Both the position numbers and the translations under genes were made by a program. Under the pieces are notes generated by a model, which worked only from the letters and a program-made list of their open reading frames with translations, ran no database searches and had not been told where the DNA came from. DNA of 56,318 bases from a virus. Its lineage: Duplodnaviria; Caudoviricetes. Shown here one piece after another: positions 1-9,400 of the stretch. The DNA lies in the IMG/VR virus record IMGVR_UViG_3300048834_000044, positions 1 through 56,318 of that record, one strand, 5' to 3'. The first letter of the stretch is position 1. Each line of letters starts with the position of its first letter.

Positions 1-127
1 AACCGGGCCGCGGCAGAGAAGACCAACGGACACAAGGAGAACCGCGACACCGCGAGCGCCGCGACCGCGACCGGCCGAACCGCCAAGGAGCACAAGGGAA
101 AGCAGGCACGCGCCGAGGAACCGAAGG
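1..127. repeat. Terminal direct repeat (identical to 56192..56318): assembly overlap of a circular or circularly permuted phage genome
   Basis: The first 127 nt equal the last 127 nt; 127 is a common assembler k-mer size. Confidence 0.93.
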
Positions 128-614
128 CAGAGAAGAACAACCGCGACCGCACCGCGAGCACCACGAGCCAGAAGCAGAGCACCGCGACGACCGCGAGCCA
201 GGGGCAGAGCGCAAGCGCAGAGGCAGAGGCGCAAAAGCCCAAGGGACACAAGGGGAAGCAGGAGAGGCAAGGAGAAAGCAAGGGAGAGAAGGGAAAGCAA
301 GAGAGGCAAGAAAGCAAGAGGAGCAAGAGCACAAAGCGCAAGGGGCACAAGGGAAAGCAAGAGAGGCAAGAAGGCAAGGGAGACAAGGGGAAGCAGGCGC
401 GACCCCGCAGCACAGAGGCAGAGGCCCAAAGCGCAAGGGGCACAAGGGAAAGCGCAGGGGCAGAGAAGGCAAGGGGCACAAGGGAAAGCGCAAGGGCAGA
501 GAAAGCCAAGGGACACAAGGGAAAGCGGGGAGCGCCGAAACCCCAAGGGGCACAAGGGAAAGCGGGAGGCACGGGGGGAGGGCGGCGGACCCGACGCGAC
601 AGGGCAGGGGGGCC
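1..614 (+). repeat. T-free, purine-rich repeat tract with CACAAGG-core repeats (continues from 56156 across the junction)
   Basis: No T on the + strand from 56156 through the junction to 614. CACAAGG occurs at 31, 91, 247, 346, 441, 477, 514 and 551 (also 55132, 55892, 56183). Confidence 0.9.
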
Positions 615-738
615 TATGCCTTACGTCCCTGCCACAGCGAGCACTCCTACCGAAGCAGATAAGACACACAGCACTCCCAAGACCCGTGGTACACTGACCT
701 CGCGCGCGCGCACGGAAGCAGATAAGGGGTTCTCATGA
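1..738 (+). CDS. 3' part of a possible junction-spanning low-complexity Lys/Gly/Ala/Glu/Arg-rich ORF (55850..56191 joined to 1..738, 359 aa)
   Basis: Frame 1 is open to TGA 736-738, which overlaps the terL ATG (ATGA). GHKG/HKE and TEADK repeats are in frame. Openness of the T-free part is trivially expected. Confidence 0.35.
   Translation, partial: NRAAAEKTNGHKENRDTASAATATGRTAKEHKGKQARAEEPKAEKNNRDRTASTTSQKQSTATTASQGQSASAEAEAQKPKGHKGKQERQGESKGEKGKQERQESKRSKSTKRKGHKGKQERQEGKGDKGKQARPRSTEAEAQSARGTRESAGAEKARGTRESARAEKAKGHKGKRGAPKPQGAQGKAGGTGGGRRTRRDRAGGPMPYVPATASTPTEADKTHSTPKTRGTLTSRARTEADKGFS
687..695 (+). promoter_or_regulatory. Putative extended -10 promoter (TGGTACACT) upstream of terL
   Basis: TGnTAnnnT pattern 40 nt upstream of ATG 735; the same TGGTAnnnT pattern recurs upstream of other genes. 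Confidence 0.5.
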
Positions 739-2249
739 CGACCGACTGGATCACTGCCCTAGAGGAGAAGGTCAAGACTGGCCTTGCCTCCCATCAGAAG
801 TACGGATCCACCCTCGAACTTGCCCAGGCGATCGACCCCTCCTACGTCGTGCGCGAGCATCTGCGGCTCATCAGTGACCGGCTGACGCAGGCCGTCCACG
901 ACGTCGAGCAGGGCCAGTCCCGCTACCTGATCATCTCACTACCCCCACGGGCCGGGAAGTCCTACACCACATCGATCTACTTCCCTCTGTGGCTGCTCTC
1001 CTGCCACCCCGACTGGCCGATCATGCTCCTGTCCCACGACCCCTCCCTCGCGAGCGGCTGGGGTCGCCAGGTCCGCCGACTGGTCGAGGAAGAGGGCGCG
1101 CGTCTCGGCCTCCACCTGTCCCCGGACGCCGGAGCCGCAAAGGAGTGGGAGACGACCCAGGGCGGCTCCCTGCTCTCAAGGTCCATCCGTGAGTCGGTCA
1201 CTGGCCGGGGTGCCAAGGTCATGATCCTGGACGATCTCGTCAAGGACTTCGCCGAGGCGCACTCCCCCACGACGCGCGACTTCACCTGGGACTGGTGGCT
1301 CGCCAACTCGCGTACTCGTCTCCACCCACCGTCCCTCGTCGTCGTCATCGGCACCCGGTGGCACGAGGACGACTTCATCGGTCGGCTTCTCTCCCCTGAG
1401 TACGAAGGCAACCCGGACCAGTGGGAGGTCATCACGATCCCGGCGCTGGCCGAGGACCCTGACGCGACCGACCCCAACACTAAGCGCCCGTTCGGCGAAG
1501 ATGCCCTGGGGCGGTTCCCCGGTGAGCCGCTCCTGTCCCCGCTCGTTCCCCATGAGACCGTTCAGGACGCTCTGCTCCGCTGGGAGGACATTCGCTCGGC
1601 GGTCGGGGAGTATGCGTGGGCGGGCCTGTTCCAGCAGCGCCCCGCCCCAGCCGCAGGGTCCATCTTCCTCAACGACTGGTGGCAGTTCTACGACCCCCAG
1701 AGCATCGACGAGATCGTCTTCGACAGGAAGATCACCAGTTGGGACGCCGCGTTCAAGAGCACCAAGGACTCTGACTGGGTCGTCGGCCAGGTCTGGGGCA
1801 CGGTCGGCTCGCGCCGCTACCTGCTGCGGCAGGTCCGCAAGCGCATGTCCTTCACGGAGACTCTCGCCATGATGGACGAGGTCATCGCAACCTCCGGCGC
1901 GTACGAACACATCGTCGAGGACAAGGCGAACGGCTCGGCGATCATCGACGTCCTCCGCGAGCGCATCCCTGGCATGATCCCCATCAACCCGACCACGAGC
2001 AAGGAGGCTCGCGCCCGCGCCGTCACGCCAGAGGTCGAGGCCGGGAACGTCTACCTCCCCGCCAGCGCTCCCTGGCTGGCAGACTTCCTGGGAGAGATGG
2101 GGCAGTTCCCGCATGGCGCGCACGACGACCAGGTGGACTGCACCACCCAGGCGCTCACTCGCCTTCGGTCCCTTGGAGTCGTGACGCCCCTGATCCCCCA
2201 GGCGACCATCAACCGCTCGACCGCCACGGTCGGACGGCGGCGGGCGTGA
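735..2249 (+). CDS. terL: Terminase large subunit
   Basis: Walker A-like PPRAGKS, Walker B ILDD, GTRWHEDD, and an RNase H-like C-terminus (SWDAAFK, HDDQVD). Confidence 0.95.
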   Translation: MTTDWITALEEKVKTGLASHQKYGSTLELAQAIDPSYVVREHLRLISDRLTQAVHDVEQGQSRYLIISLPPRAGKSYTTSIYFPLWLLSCHPDWPIMLLSHDPSLASGWGRQVRRLVEEEGARLGLHLSPDAGAAKEWETTQGGSLLSRSIRESVTGRGAKVMILDDLVKDFAEAHSPTTRDFTWDWWLANSRTRLHPPSLVVVIGTRWHEDDFIGRLLSPEYEGNPDQWEVITIPALAEDPDATDPNTKRPFGEDALGRFPGEPLLSPLVPHETVQDALLRWEDIRSAVGEYAWAGLFQQRPAPAAGSIFLNDWWQFYDPQSIDEIVFDRKITSWDAAFKSTKDSDWVVGQVWGTVGSRRYLLRQVRKRMSFTETLAMMDEVIATSGAYEHIVEDKANGSAIIDVLRERIPGMIPINPTTSKEARARAVTPEVEAGNVYLPASAPWLADFLGEMGQFPHGAHDDQVDCTTQALTRLRSLGVVTPLIPQATINRSTATVGRRRA

Positions 2250-2272
2250 CGCACCGGGGGAGCCACCAGTCC

Positions 2273-2302
2273 TTGCGCGTCACCCACGTTTCAGGGTAGG
2301 AT
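2273..2302 (+). promoter_or_regulatory. Putative sigmaA-type promoter (TTGCGC-N18-TAGGAT), probably leaderless for the portal gene
   Basis: The -10 ends 6 nt before GTG 2309 and no SD is visible. Confidence 0.55.
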
Positions 2303-2308
2303 GCCCTC

Positions 2309-3847
2309 GTGGCAGGCGAGCGCAGGCGTTGGGGTCGTCGCAAGGCGTCCGCAACCCCAGTTCAGGCATGGGCTTTCAACGGCCCGACGACCGACGCTGC
2401 CCTCACGGCGGCAGCCGCCAGCGTCCAGAAGATCAAGCGCGAGACCAAGACCTCGCTCGACGAGTCGTGGCAGCCAGAAGCCTGGCAGTACTACGATCAG
2501 GTCGGCGAGTTGCGCTTCGTCAGCAACGCCTTGGCCTCCCGCATGTCGGAGGCGAAGATCGAGGTCTGGCTCGACGGGGAGCAGATCGAGGACGACGAGA
2601 TCCTCCCGCTCGTCACCCGAGCCTTGGTCCGGCGTCTCGGCCTGAACCTGTACGTCGCGGGTAGCGCCTACTGGGTCGGCATCCCCACCGAGGACAAGAG
2701 CGACATCGACTGGCAGGTCTGCTCGACGCAGGAACTCAAGGTAGCCGACAACAGGGTCACCATCGGCCAGAAGGAGTACCGGCTCGACGAGATCTACCTG
2801 GACCGCATCTGGGACCCGCACCCCGCGAACTGGCTTGCGGCTGACTCCCCGGTTCGCTCTGCCCTTCCGACGCTTCGAGAACTCGTCGGCCTCACGCAGC
2901 ACGTCTCGGCCCAGATCGACTCTCGCCTTGCGGGCGCTGGCATCCTGTGGGTGCCGAACTCGATCCTGCAGTCCGGCCAGGCTCCCGCCAGCCAGCCGTC
3001 CCCGTCGTACAGCGAGAACCCGATCCTCAACGCGATCATGACCGCGATGCTGACGCCCATCGAGGATCGGGAGTCCGCCAGCGCCGTCGTCCCGCTGCTG
3101 CTCGGTGCGCCGGACGACGCGATCGGCAAGATCCGCTACGACACCTTCAGCACTCCCTTCGACAAGGAGACCAAGAGCCTCCGCGACGAGGCAATCCGGC
3201 GGCTAGCGCTCTCCCTGGACGCTCCGCCAGAACTCCTGTCCGGCATGGGCGACGCGAACCACTGGACCGGCTGGCTCATCGCCGACGAGGTCATCCAGGC
3301 ACACGTCGTTCCGCGCCTGTCCCTGATCTGCGAGGGTCTCGGCCACTGGTACAACGCCGTCAAGGAGACTCAGAAGGACGACCGCGCCGGGGACTACGAA
3401 CTCCGCGCCGACGTCTCGCACCTGACCCAGCGCCCCAACAGGTTCGCCGACGCCAACACGCTCTACGCGGCCGGGGTCCTCTCCGACGAGGCGTACATGG
3501 AGGCCGGAGGCTTCAACGCCGAGATGGACAAGCCGGACTCGCAGGAGTCGGCGATCCGGTACGCGATCCAGGTTGCCCTTGGGAACCCTCAACTCGTGGA
3601 CAACCTGCCCGAACTGTTCGCCGCGTTCCAGGCGCTGCTCGACGGCACCCCGGAGACCGGACCCGTTGTGGCAGAGCCGGTCCCGGCCGTGCCCGACGTC
3701 GCAGCCCCGCCGCCCAAGGGCGTCCCTGCCCCCACGGAGCAAGGCGGCAACGCGCGACCCGGTGAGGCACCGATCCGCCGGGCCGTCCCCGCGCCAGAGC
3801 AGGGCGGGCCACCGGCCAAGCCGACGGGCGTGGGAGCCGGGGCATGA
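2309..3847 (+). CDS. Portal protein
   Basis: 512 aa directly after terL, with WQPEAWQYYDQVGELRF, SRLAGAGILWVP and GMGDANHW motifs typical of actinophage portals; Pro-rich tail. Confidence 0.9.
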   Translation: MAGERRRWGRRKASATPVQAWAFNGPTTDAALTAAAASVQKIKRETKTSLDESWQPEAWQYYDQVGELRFVSNALASRMSEAKIEVWLDGEQIEDDEILPLVTRALVRRLGLNLYVAGSAYWVGIPTEDKSDIDWQVCSTQELKVADNRVTIGQKEYRLDEIYLDRIWDPHPANWLAADSPVRSALPTLRELVGLTQHVSAQIDSRLAGAGILWVPNSILQSGQAPASQPSPSYSENPILNAIMTAMLTPIEDRESASAVVPLLLGAPDDAIGKIRYDTFSTPFDKETKSLRDEAIRRLALSLDAPPELLSGMGDANHWTGWLIADEVIQAHVVPRLSLICEGLGHWYNAVKETQKDDRAGDYELRADVSHLTQRPNRFADANTLYAAGVLSDEAYMEAGGFNAEMDKPDSQESAIRYAIQVALGNPQLVDNLPELFAAFQALLDGTPETGPVVAEPVPAVPDVAAPPPKGVPAPTEQGGNARPGEAPIRRAVPAPEQGGPPAKPTGVGAGA

Positions 3848-4203
3848 CGAACGACATCCGTGTCCTCGGCGCGGCCTGCGATCTCGCCGTTGTGCGCGCT
3901 TTGGAACTCATCGGGAAGCGCGTCGTCCGCGCCGAGCGCGCCAGGTATGGCACCCTCGCCCGCGCCGGGCTCACCTGGCACGAGGCGCACACCGTCTGGG
4001 CACCGGACGAGGCCGCGATCGACGCAGCGCTCTCTGGCGCATGGACAGTCCTGCCGCGCCTGGTCAACGAGCACGGCTGCTGCCGCGTGGCCGAGCCAGC
4101 CCTCCAGGCGCTACTCGATGAGTACGTTCGGGATCTCGTGACGTCCCGAGCGCCGCATCGCTACGCCGACCTGGAGGGCCGTCTCCGTGTCCTCGCCGAC
4201 TGA
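3844..4203 (+). CDS. Hypothetical head-module protein
   Basis: 119 aa; ATGA overlap with portal; phage-like codon usage. Confidence 0.75.
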   Translation: MTNDIRVLGAACDLAVVRALELIGKRVVRAERARYGTLARAGLTWHEAHTVWAPDEAAIDAALSGAWTVLPRLVNEHGCCRVAEPALQALLDEYVRDLVTSRAPHRYADLEGRLRVLAD

Positions 4204-6478
4204 GTTCGAGAGCCAGGTCTCCAAGGCGGTCAAGGGCTACCTCGGTCGCCTGATCGACGAGGTCTGGCAGGCGCTCGCAGACGGCAAGGGCTCCTTCGCC
4301 AACCCGGTCTTCTCCCTCGGCACGCTGCTCGGTTGGTACATCGCCGACGTCGCCGACCCCCTGGTCAACGAGATCGAGGCCATGTGGGACAAGGAGTTCC
4401 CGGTCAACGAGGCTCGCGCCAGGCACATCGCAGCCGTCCGCGACCGGCTCGCCACGGACATCGAGCCGGAGATCCCCATCGGGGCCTTCGACTCTGTGCG
4501 CCTGTCCCAGTCGCTCGCCGCAACGCAGGGCTGGACGCCGCAGCAGATGGCCCGTGACATCGCGGAGCGGCTGTCCTGGGAGCCGAACAAGGACTTCTGG
4601 AAGCGGCAGAAGGACGACGCCGAGGCCGAGATCGACGCGATCCTGGACCCGCTCGGCCCGCCTGGCACCCCGGCACGGACGATCGTCCACAAGTCCGACC
4701 CGCGCATCAAGGAACTGCAGGCGCTCCGTGCCGAGGCCGTCACCGCGCTTCGTGCCGACGAGAGCGTCTGGAAGGACCGCGCGCAGCGCATCGCGCGCAC
4801 GGAGTTCACGGCGATGCAGGCGGCCGGTTCCCTGGCTGCCCTTGTGGCCGAGGGCGTTACGCACAAGCGCTGGCTGTCCACCCGTGACGGCCGGACCCGG
4901 CACTCGCACGCCGAGGCCAACGGGCAGGTCGTGGACATCCTAGGAGCCTTCGACGTCGGCGGCTTCCTTATGCAGATCCCCGGCGACCCGACCGCACCGC
5001 CCGAAGAGACCGTCAACTGCCGCTGCACGATCGTCGGTGCGACCGAGGACGACTACAAGCGCTCCATGCTGACCGCCGGAGCCACGAGCAAGCAGCCCTG
5101 GGAGTACCAGGTCCGCGTGCCGAAGGGCAACGGCAAGCGCTCCGGGCGCTGGATCGACATGCCTGGTAAGGTCCTCATGGAGATGTTCAGCGAGGAAGCG
5201 CTGTCGTACTACAGCGACGAGGACGAGGACCTGCTGCTGCAGGCGATCCAGCAGGCGATCTACTGGCACCCGGAAACCGTTGGGGCAGAGCGCTTCCTGG
5301 AGCGTGCCGACGAGTACCTGGAGCAGGTCGAGCGGGACAGCGACCCCGCGATCGCCGAGGCGCGCAAGTACATCGACGACTTCATCACCGGCATGGACTG
5401 GAGCCTCTACAACCCGGCGACAGACATGGAGCAGGACGAGGACATCGGTTACGGCGACGAGGACGACTGGTACGACGACGACCCCGAGCCGAGCCAGGGG
5501 TACTCGGGCGACCCCTACGAGGAGTACTTGCGCCTGTTGCAGAACGGCGGAGTGCCGAGCAACAAGGCACTGAGCCAGGCCGTCAGCGGGATGCTGGAAG
5601 ACGATGAGATTGCTGGAGTCTCGGCAGAGGCCGCGCTCCTGTGGACCTCCGCCTTGCAGGAGGCGCTTGCGGGGACCGGCGTCACGCTTCGCCTGGACCA
5701 GTTGGAGAACGACGGTCGTGAACTCCGGCTGTCGTGGTCGCTCACGGACGACGACGGCCACGAGATCGGCACGATGAACCGCTGGGCTACGGAATACGAA
5801 GTCCACCATGACTACTTCACGCTGGAGCCGGAGTACCAGGGCAAGGGTATCGCGCAGCGGCTGAACACGGCTGCCGAGGATCTGTACCGTGCCAACGGCA
5901 TCCAGTACATCACCCTCGACGCGAACATCGACGTCGGTGGCTACGCCTGGGCGAAGCAGGGCTACACGCTCGACGTGGACAAGGGCGGCCGTGACGCCAT
6001 GAAGGACGTTCTGCGGCGGCTCGCGATGGAGATCACCATGTCCTCCAAGGTCTTTGACCTTGTCGAGGCCTTCTCGACGCACATGGTCTACCACGGTGAC
6101 TACCCTGCCAATCTCGTGTACTTCATCGAGGAGTTGCGGTCTCTCGGGGTTGAGGTAGACTTCAGCGACGGTGACGAGTTCGACTACGAGTGGCGAGCGC
6201 AGGTGCTTCTCCAGGCGTACCTTGACCACTTCGGCGAGAGGGACAGCGAGGACGCGATCTTCCGGCTGCTTGACCTGGCGGCTGATGCCTTTGGCAACAG
6301 CGAGATTCAGATGTGGGACATCGCTTCCTTCGGACAGGGTGACCCGAAGTGGGAGCGTACCGTCGAGATCACGCAGTGGGACTCGACCGGGCGGACGATG
6401 ACCCGCACCCCCAAGGTCACCTGGCCCGGCAAGGAAGCACTGCTCGGAGCCCGCTGGCCGGGACGGAAGGACCTCTGA
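4187..6478 (+). CDS. MuF-like minor head protein with shared module and C-terminal GNAT acetyltransferase-like domain
   Basis: MuF motifs RIARTE, KRWLSTRDGRTRHSH and PGDP..PPEETVNCRC. C-terminal HDYFTLEPEYQGKGIA (acetyl-CoA motif A) and GGYAWAKQGY. Confidence 0.85.
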   Translation: MSSPTEFESQVSKAVKGYLGRLIDEVWQALADGKGSFANPVFSLGTLLGWYIADVADPLVNEIEAMWDKEFPVNEARARHIAAVRDRLATDIEPEIPIGAFDSVRLSQSLAATQGWTPQQMARDIAERLSWEPNKDFWKRQKDDAEAEIDAILDPLGPPGTPARTIVHKSDPRIKELQALRAEAVTALRADESVWKDRAQRIARTEFTAMQAAGSLAALVAEGVTHKRWLSTRDGRTRHSHAEANGQVVDILGAFDVGGFLMQIPGDPTAPPEETVNCRCTIVGATEDDYKRSMLTAGATSKQPWEYQVRVPKGNGKRSGRWIDMPGKVLMEMFSEEALSYYSDEDEDLLLQAIQQAIYWHPETVGAERFLERADEYLEQVERDSDPAIAEARKYIDDFITGMDWSLYNPATDMEQDEDIGYGDEDDWYDDDPEPSQGYSGDPYEEYLRLLQNGGVPSNKALSQAVSGMLEDDEIAGVSAEAALLWTSALQEALAGTGVTLRLDQLENDGRELRLSWSLTDDDGHEIGTMNRWATEYEVHHDYFTLEPEYQGKGIAQRLNTAAEDLYRANGIQYITLDANIDVGGYAWAKQGYTLDVDKGGRDAMKDVLRRLAMEITMSSKVFDLVEAFSTHMVYHGDYPANLVYFIEELRSLGVEVDFSDGDEFDYEWRAQVLLQAYLDHFGERDSEDAIFRLLDLAADAFGNSEIQMWDIASFGQGDPKWERTVEITQWDSTGRTMTRTPKVTWPGKEALLGARWPGRKDL

Positions 6479-9400
6479 TGATGACGCCGTCGCAGGCTCT
6501 CGCTGCAGCCTACGCCGAGTGGCTGACCACGCTGTCGCCAGTCACGCCGGAGATGCCTTACGCCACCAACGATCCCAGCCAGTACGCCGAGGGCTGCGAG
6601 GTCGTGTCAGCGACCGACGAGGACCAGCGCCGTCTGTTCGAGATGCAGAAGGCGGCCTTGCTCGACCTGGAGACTGCTCTGGTCGCATCGGCTCTCGGCT
6701 GGAAGGACCAGTTGCGTATCCCGCAGGGCAACGGGAAGCGCTCGGGCCGGTGGACGTTCACGCCGTGGGCGCATCTCGACGAACTCATCAGCCTCATCGG
6801 GAACCAGCCGGAGATCGTCGTCGCGCAGGACCGGCTGAACGGCTACAACCGGAACAACTTCGATGTGCGCGATGCAGACTTCAACGCTGCCGTCGCGCAA
6901 GCCGCCAAGGACCTCGACGGCGTGGCCGGAGCCGAGGACGTCCAGCAGGCGCTCCGTGACTGGGCCGAGACCGACTGGAGCCTGTTCGCCGAGGACTCCG
7001 ACATCGGACGGTACGACGACACCATCATCACCAAGAAGCGCGGGCGCTGGCAGTGGAACGAGGCGCTGCCGCCGGAGACGCCGGTCAACCCCGCGTACGC
7101 CGACTGGACGAGCCAGCGTCTCGTTGACCGCCTTGACGAGATTGCGAACCACCACACGGCTCCCAGCCCGAAGATGCGCCGCGACCGCACCGAGATCATG
7201 CAGGAGTTGAACGACCGCAAGGCCGGTGGCGAGACGACGACCAACTGGGACTCGCGCGTCGCAGCCCTCGAACCGTACGCTGAGACAGGACCGAACTACA
7301 TCCGCTCGGTTGCCGACGAACTGAACACCGCCAAGCGGCTGAAGCGTGATGGGAGGGATGAGGAAGCAGAGCACTTCCTCAAGAACGCTGAGACAGCGCT
7401 GCAGCGAGCCAAGCCAACGCCCGCGCCGACGCCAACCCCTGATGCCCCGACGTCGATCGTCGTGATGAAGCACCCCGATGCGGTCAATCCTTCAACGGCC
7501 ACAAGGAATCCTGACGGTTCAATCACGGTCGTCCTTCCAAACGGGAGGGCAGAGACGATCTCCGGCCGGAAGGGGATGACACACGCGCTCATCCGTCGCA
7601 ACGGTGGTCCCGGCAAGCCGAACAAGTACACCCCGCCTGCCGGGGGTTACTTCATCAGTCTCGCTGGCAGCGAGGAGAAGGCGCTCAAGGAGGGACAGGT
7701 CCAGGTCTACGACCGCACGCACATCGAGGTCGTGCCGATCCTGGACCCGGCGGCATCGACACCAGAGCCGAAGCCGACACCCGACCCCGTCAAGCAGGTT
7801 CGTCAGAAGGCGTTGAGCCGCATCGTCCCTGTTGATCGAGCCCTCGCTGACCCCGATCTGACCGACGACCAGCGTGCGGCTCTTGAACTGCTCGCGCAGT
7901 CCCCGGACGGGCTGTCGGAGAGCGATCTCAGTGAGCGTCTGCACGGTGGCGACGGCACGCTCGCCAAGTTGGACGCCGTCATGAAGCCGTTGGAGGGCAA
8001 GAGTTACGTCGTTCCGCAGCGCTGGGGCGACAGCAAGACCTACCTGGCTCGACCGGCTGAGGGACCCCCGCTCACGTCTCCGCGCCCGCCGGAGATCCCG
8101 CTCGCAACCGAGGACGAGGACCGTCTTCGCGAGAAGGATCTGAAGTGGGACAAGGGCTGGCGTCCGACGATGAAGAACCCGCACGACCCCGAGGACATCA
8201 ACGGGTGGGGCGACGCAGCGTACGACAAGCCGTCTTCGGAGTACATCGCTCTCGCAGAACTGTTCCAGAGCATGCGGAATGGCAACCCGCAGGGTGCGGT
8301 TTCGATGGAGACAACGCTCCAGAAGGCTGCCGATCTGGCTCGGGCTGCTGGAGAACCGGGGATCGGCGAACTGCTCGACATCGCCAAGTGGGGCGTGGAG
8401 AACGGCGACCCGACCACCGTGCGGACGGCGTTCGAGCAGGTGCTCTGGCAGGGTCGCACGACGCCGGTCGTCGCGACGAAGGCTGACGCCAACTGGATCA
8501 GCGGATTCGGCATGGGCGCGACTTCCTATGCAAATCAAGTAAAGATCAAGCGCTTCAATGAGTGGGCGTCGTACCAGGCACAGGGCTTGGAGACCCAGGC
8601 CGACCTGCACCGGCTCCTGAAGGACATGGAGGCCAACGTTCCTACGGCCTACCCCAACGACCCGCAGATGGCCCGGCGCTTCAAGAGCATGCAGCAGAAG
8701 GACATCGAGGCCGCACTGGTCGCGAGTGAGCCGGACGCCGCGCCGACAGCGGCGATCAGCAGGGCCTACGGCATCGTGGACACGCCCGAGTGGCACGAGG
8801 CGATCAACGCCTTGGGAGACAAGATCCTCCCGGACGCCGAGTCGCCCCTCTACGAGCGCTACGGGACCGTCCCCGAGGAGCGCCGGACGCCGCAGGCTGT
8901 CATCAAGGACATCGGAAAGTTCTACTCGATCCGTGCCCTCGGCAACAACTGCGTGCTGGCCAGCAACGCCTACGAACTCCGGCGGCGCGGCATCGACGCG
9001 GAGCCCAAGCAGGCTGCCAAGGGACGCAACGCAGAGTACTCGCAGCGCCTCTGGTACCGCAACCCCGAGTTCAAGACTGTCGAGGGGCTCAAGGGGTTGC
9101 AGAAGAAGAACCGCTCGAAGACGGTCTACAAGCACGTCGCCGACCACTACCCTCCCGGCTCGCGCGGGACGATCCGCTGCGGCTGGAAGGGACGCTCCTT
9201 CGGGCACATCTGGAACTGGGAGGTCCACGAGGACGGTGAGGTCGTGTTCTACGACGCGCAGACGGGCAAGATCGTCCCGCCGGACTCGTCCTACTGGTTC
9301 GACATGGAGTGGGACGGCGTGAAGACGGCGCGGCTCGACAACCTCCGGCTGTTGGAGGACATCGAGGTTCTGATCGAGCCCTCGGTGAAGGAGATGTCGG

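Noticed and set aside
1-563. CRISPR array suggested by ~36-37 nt periodic repeats
   Set aside because: The repeats are short and degenerate, the intervening sequences are themselves repetitive rather than unique spacers, and there is no cas operon. The Cas4-like gene is an ordinary DUF2800 replication-module nuclease.
6349-6477. Upstream start of the 1086-aa ORF given in the track
   Set aside because: It overlaps the MuF gene by 130 nt; ATG 6478 with TGATG coupling is more plausible.
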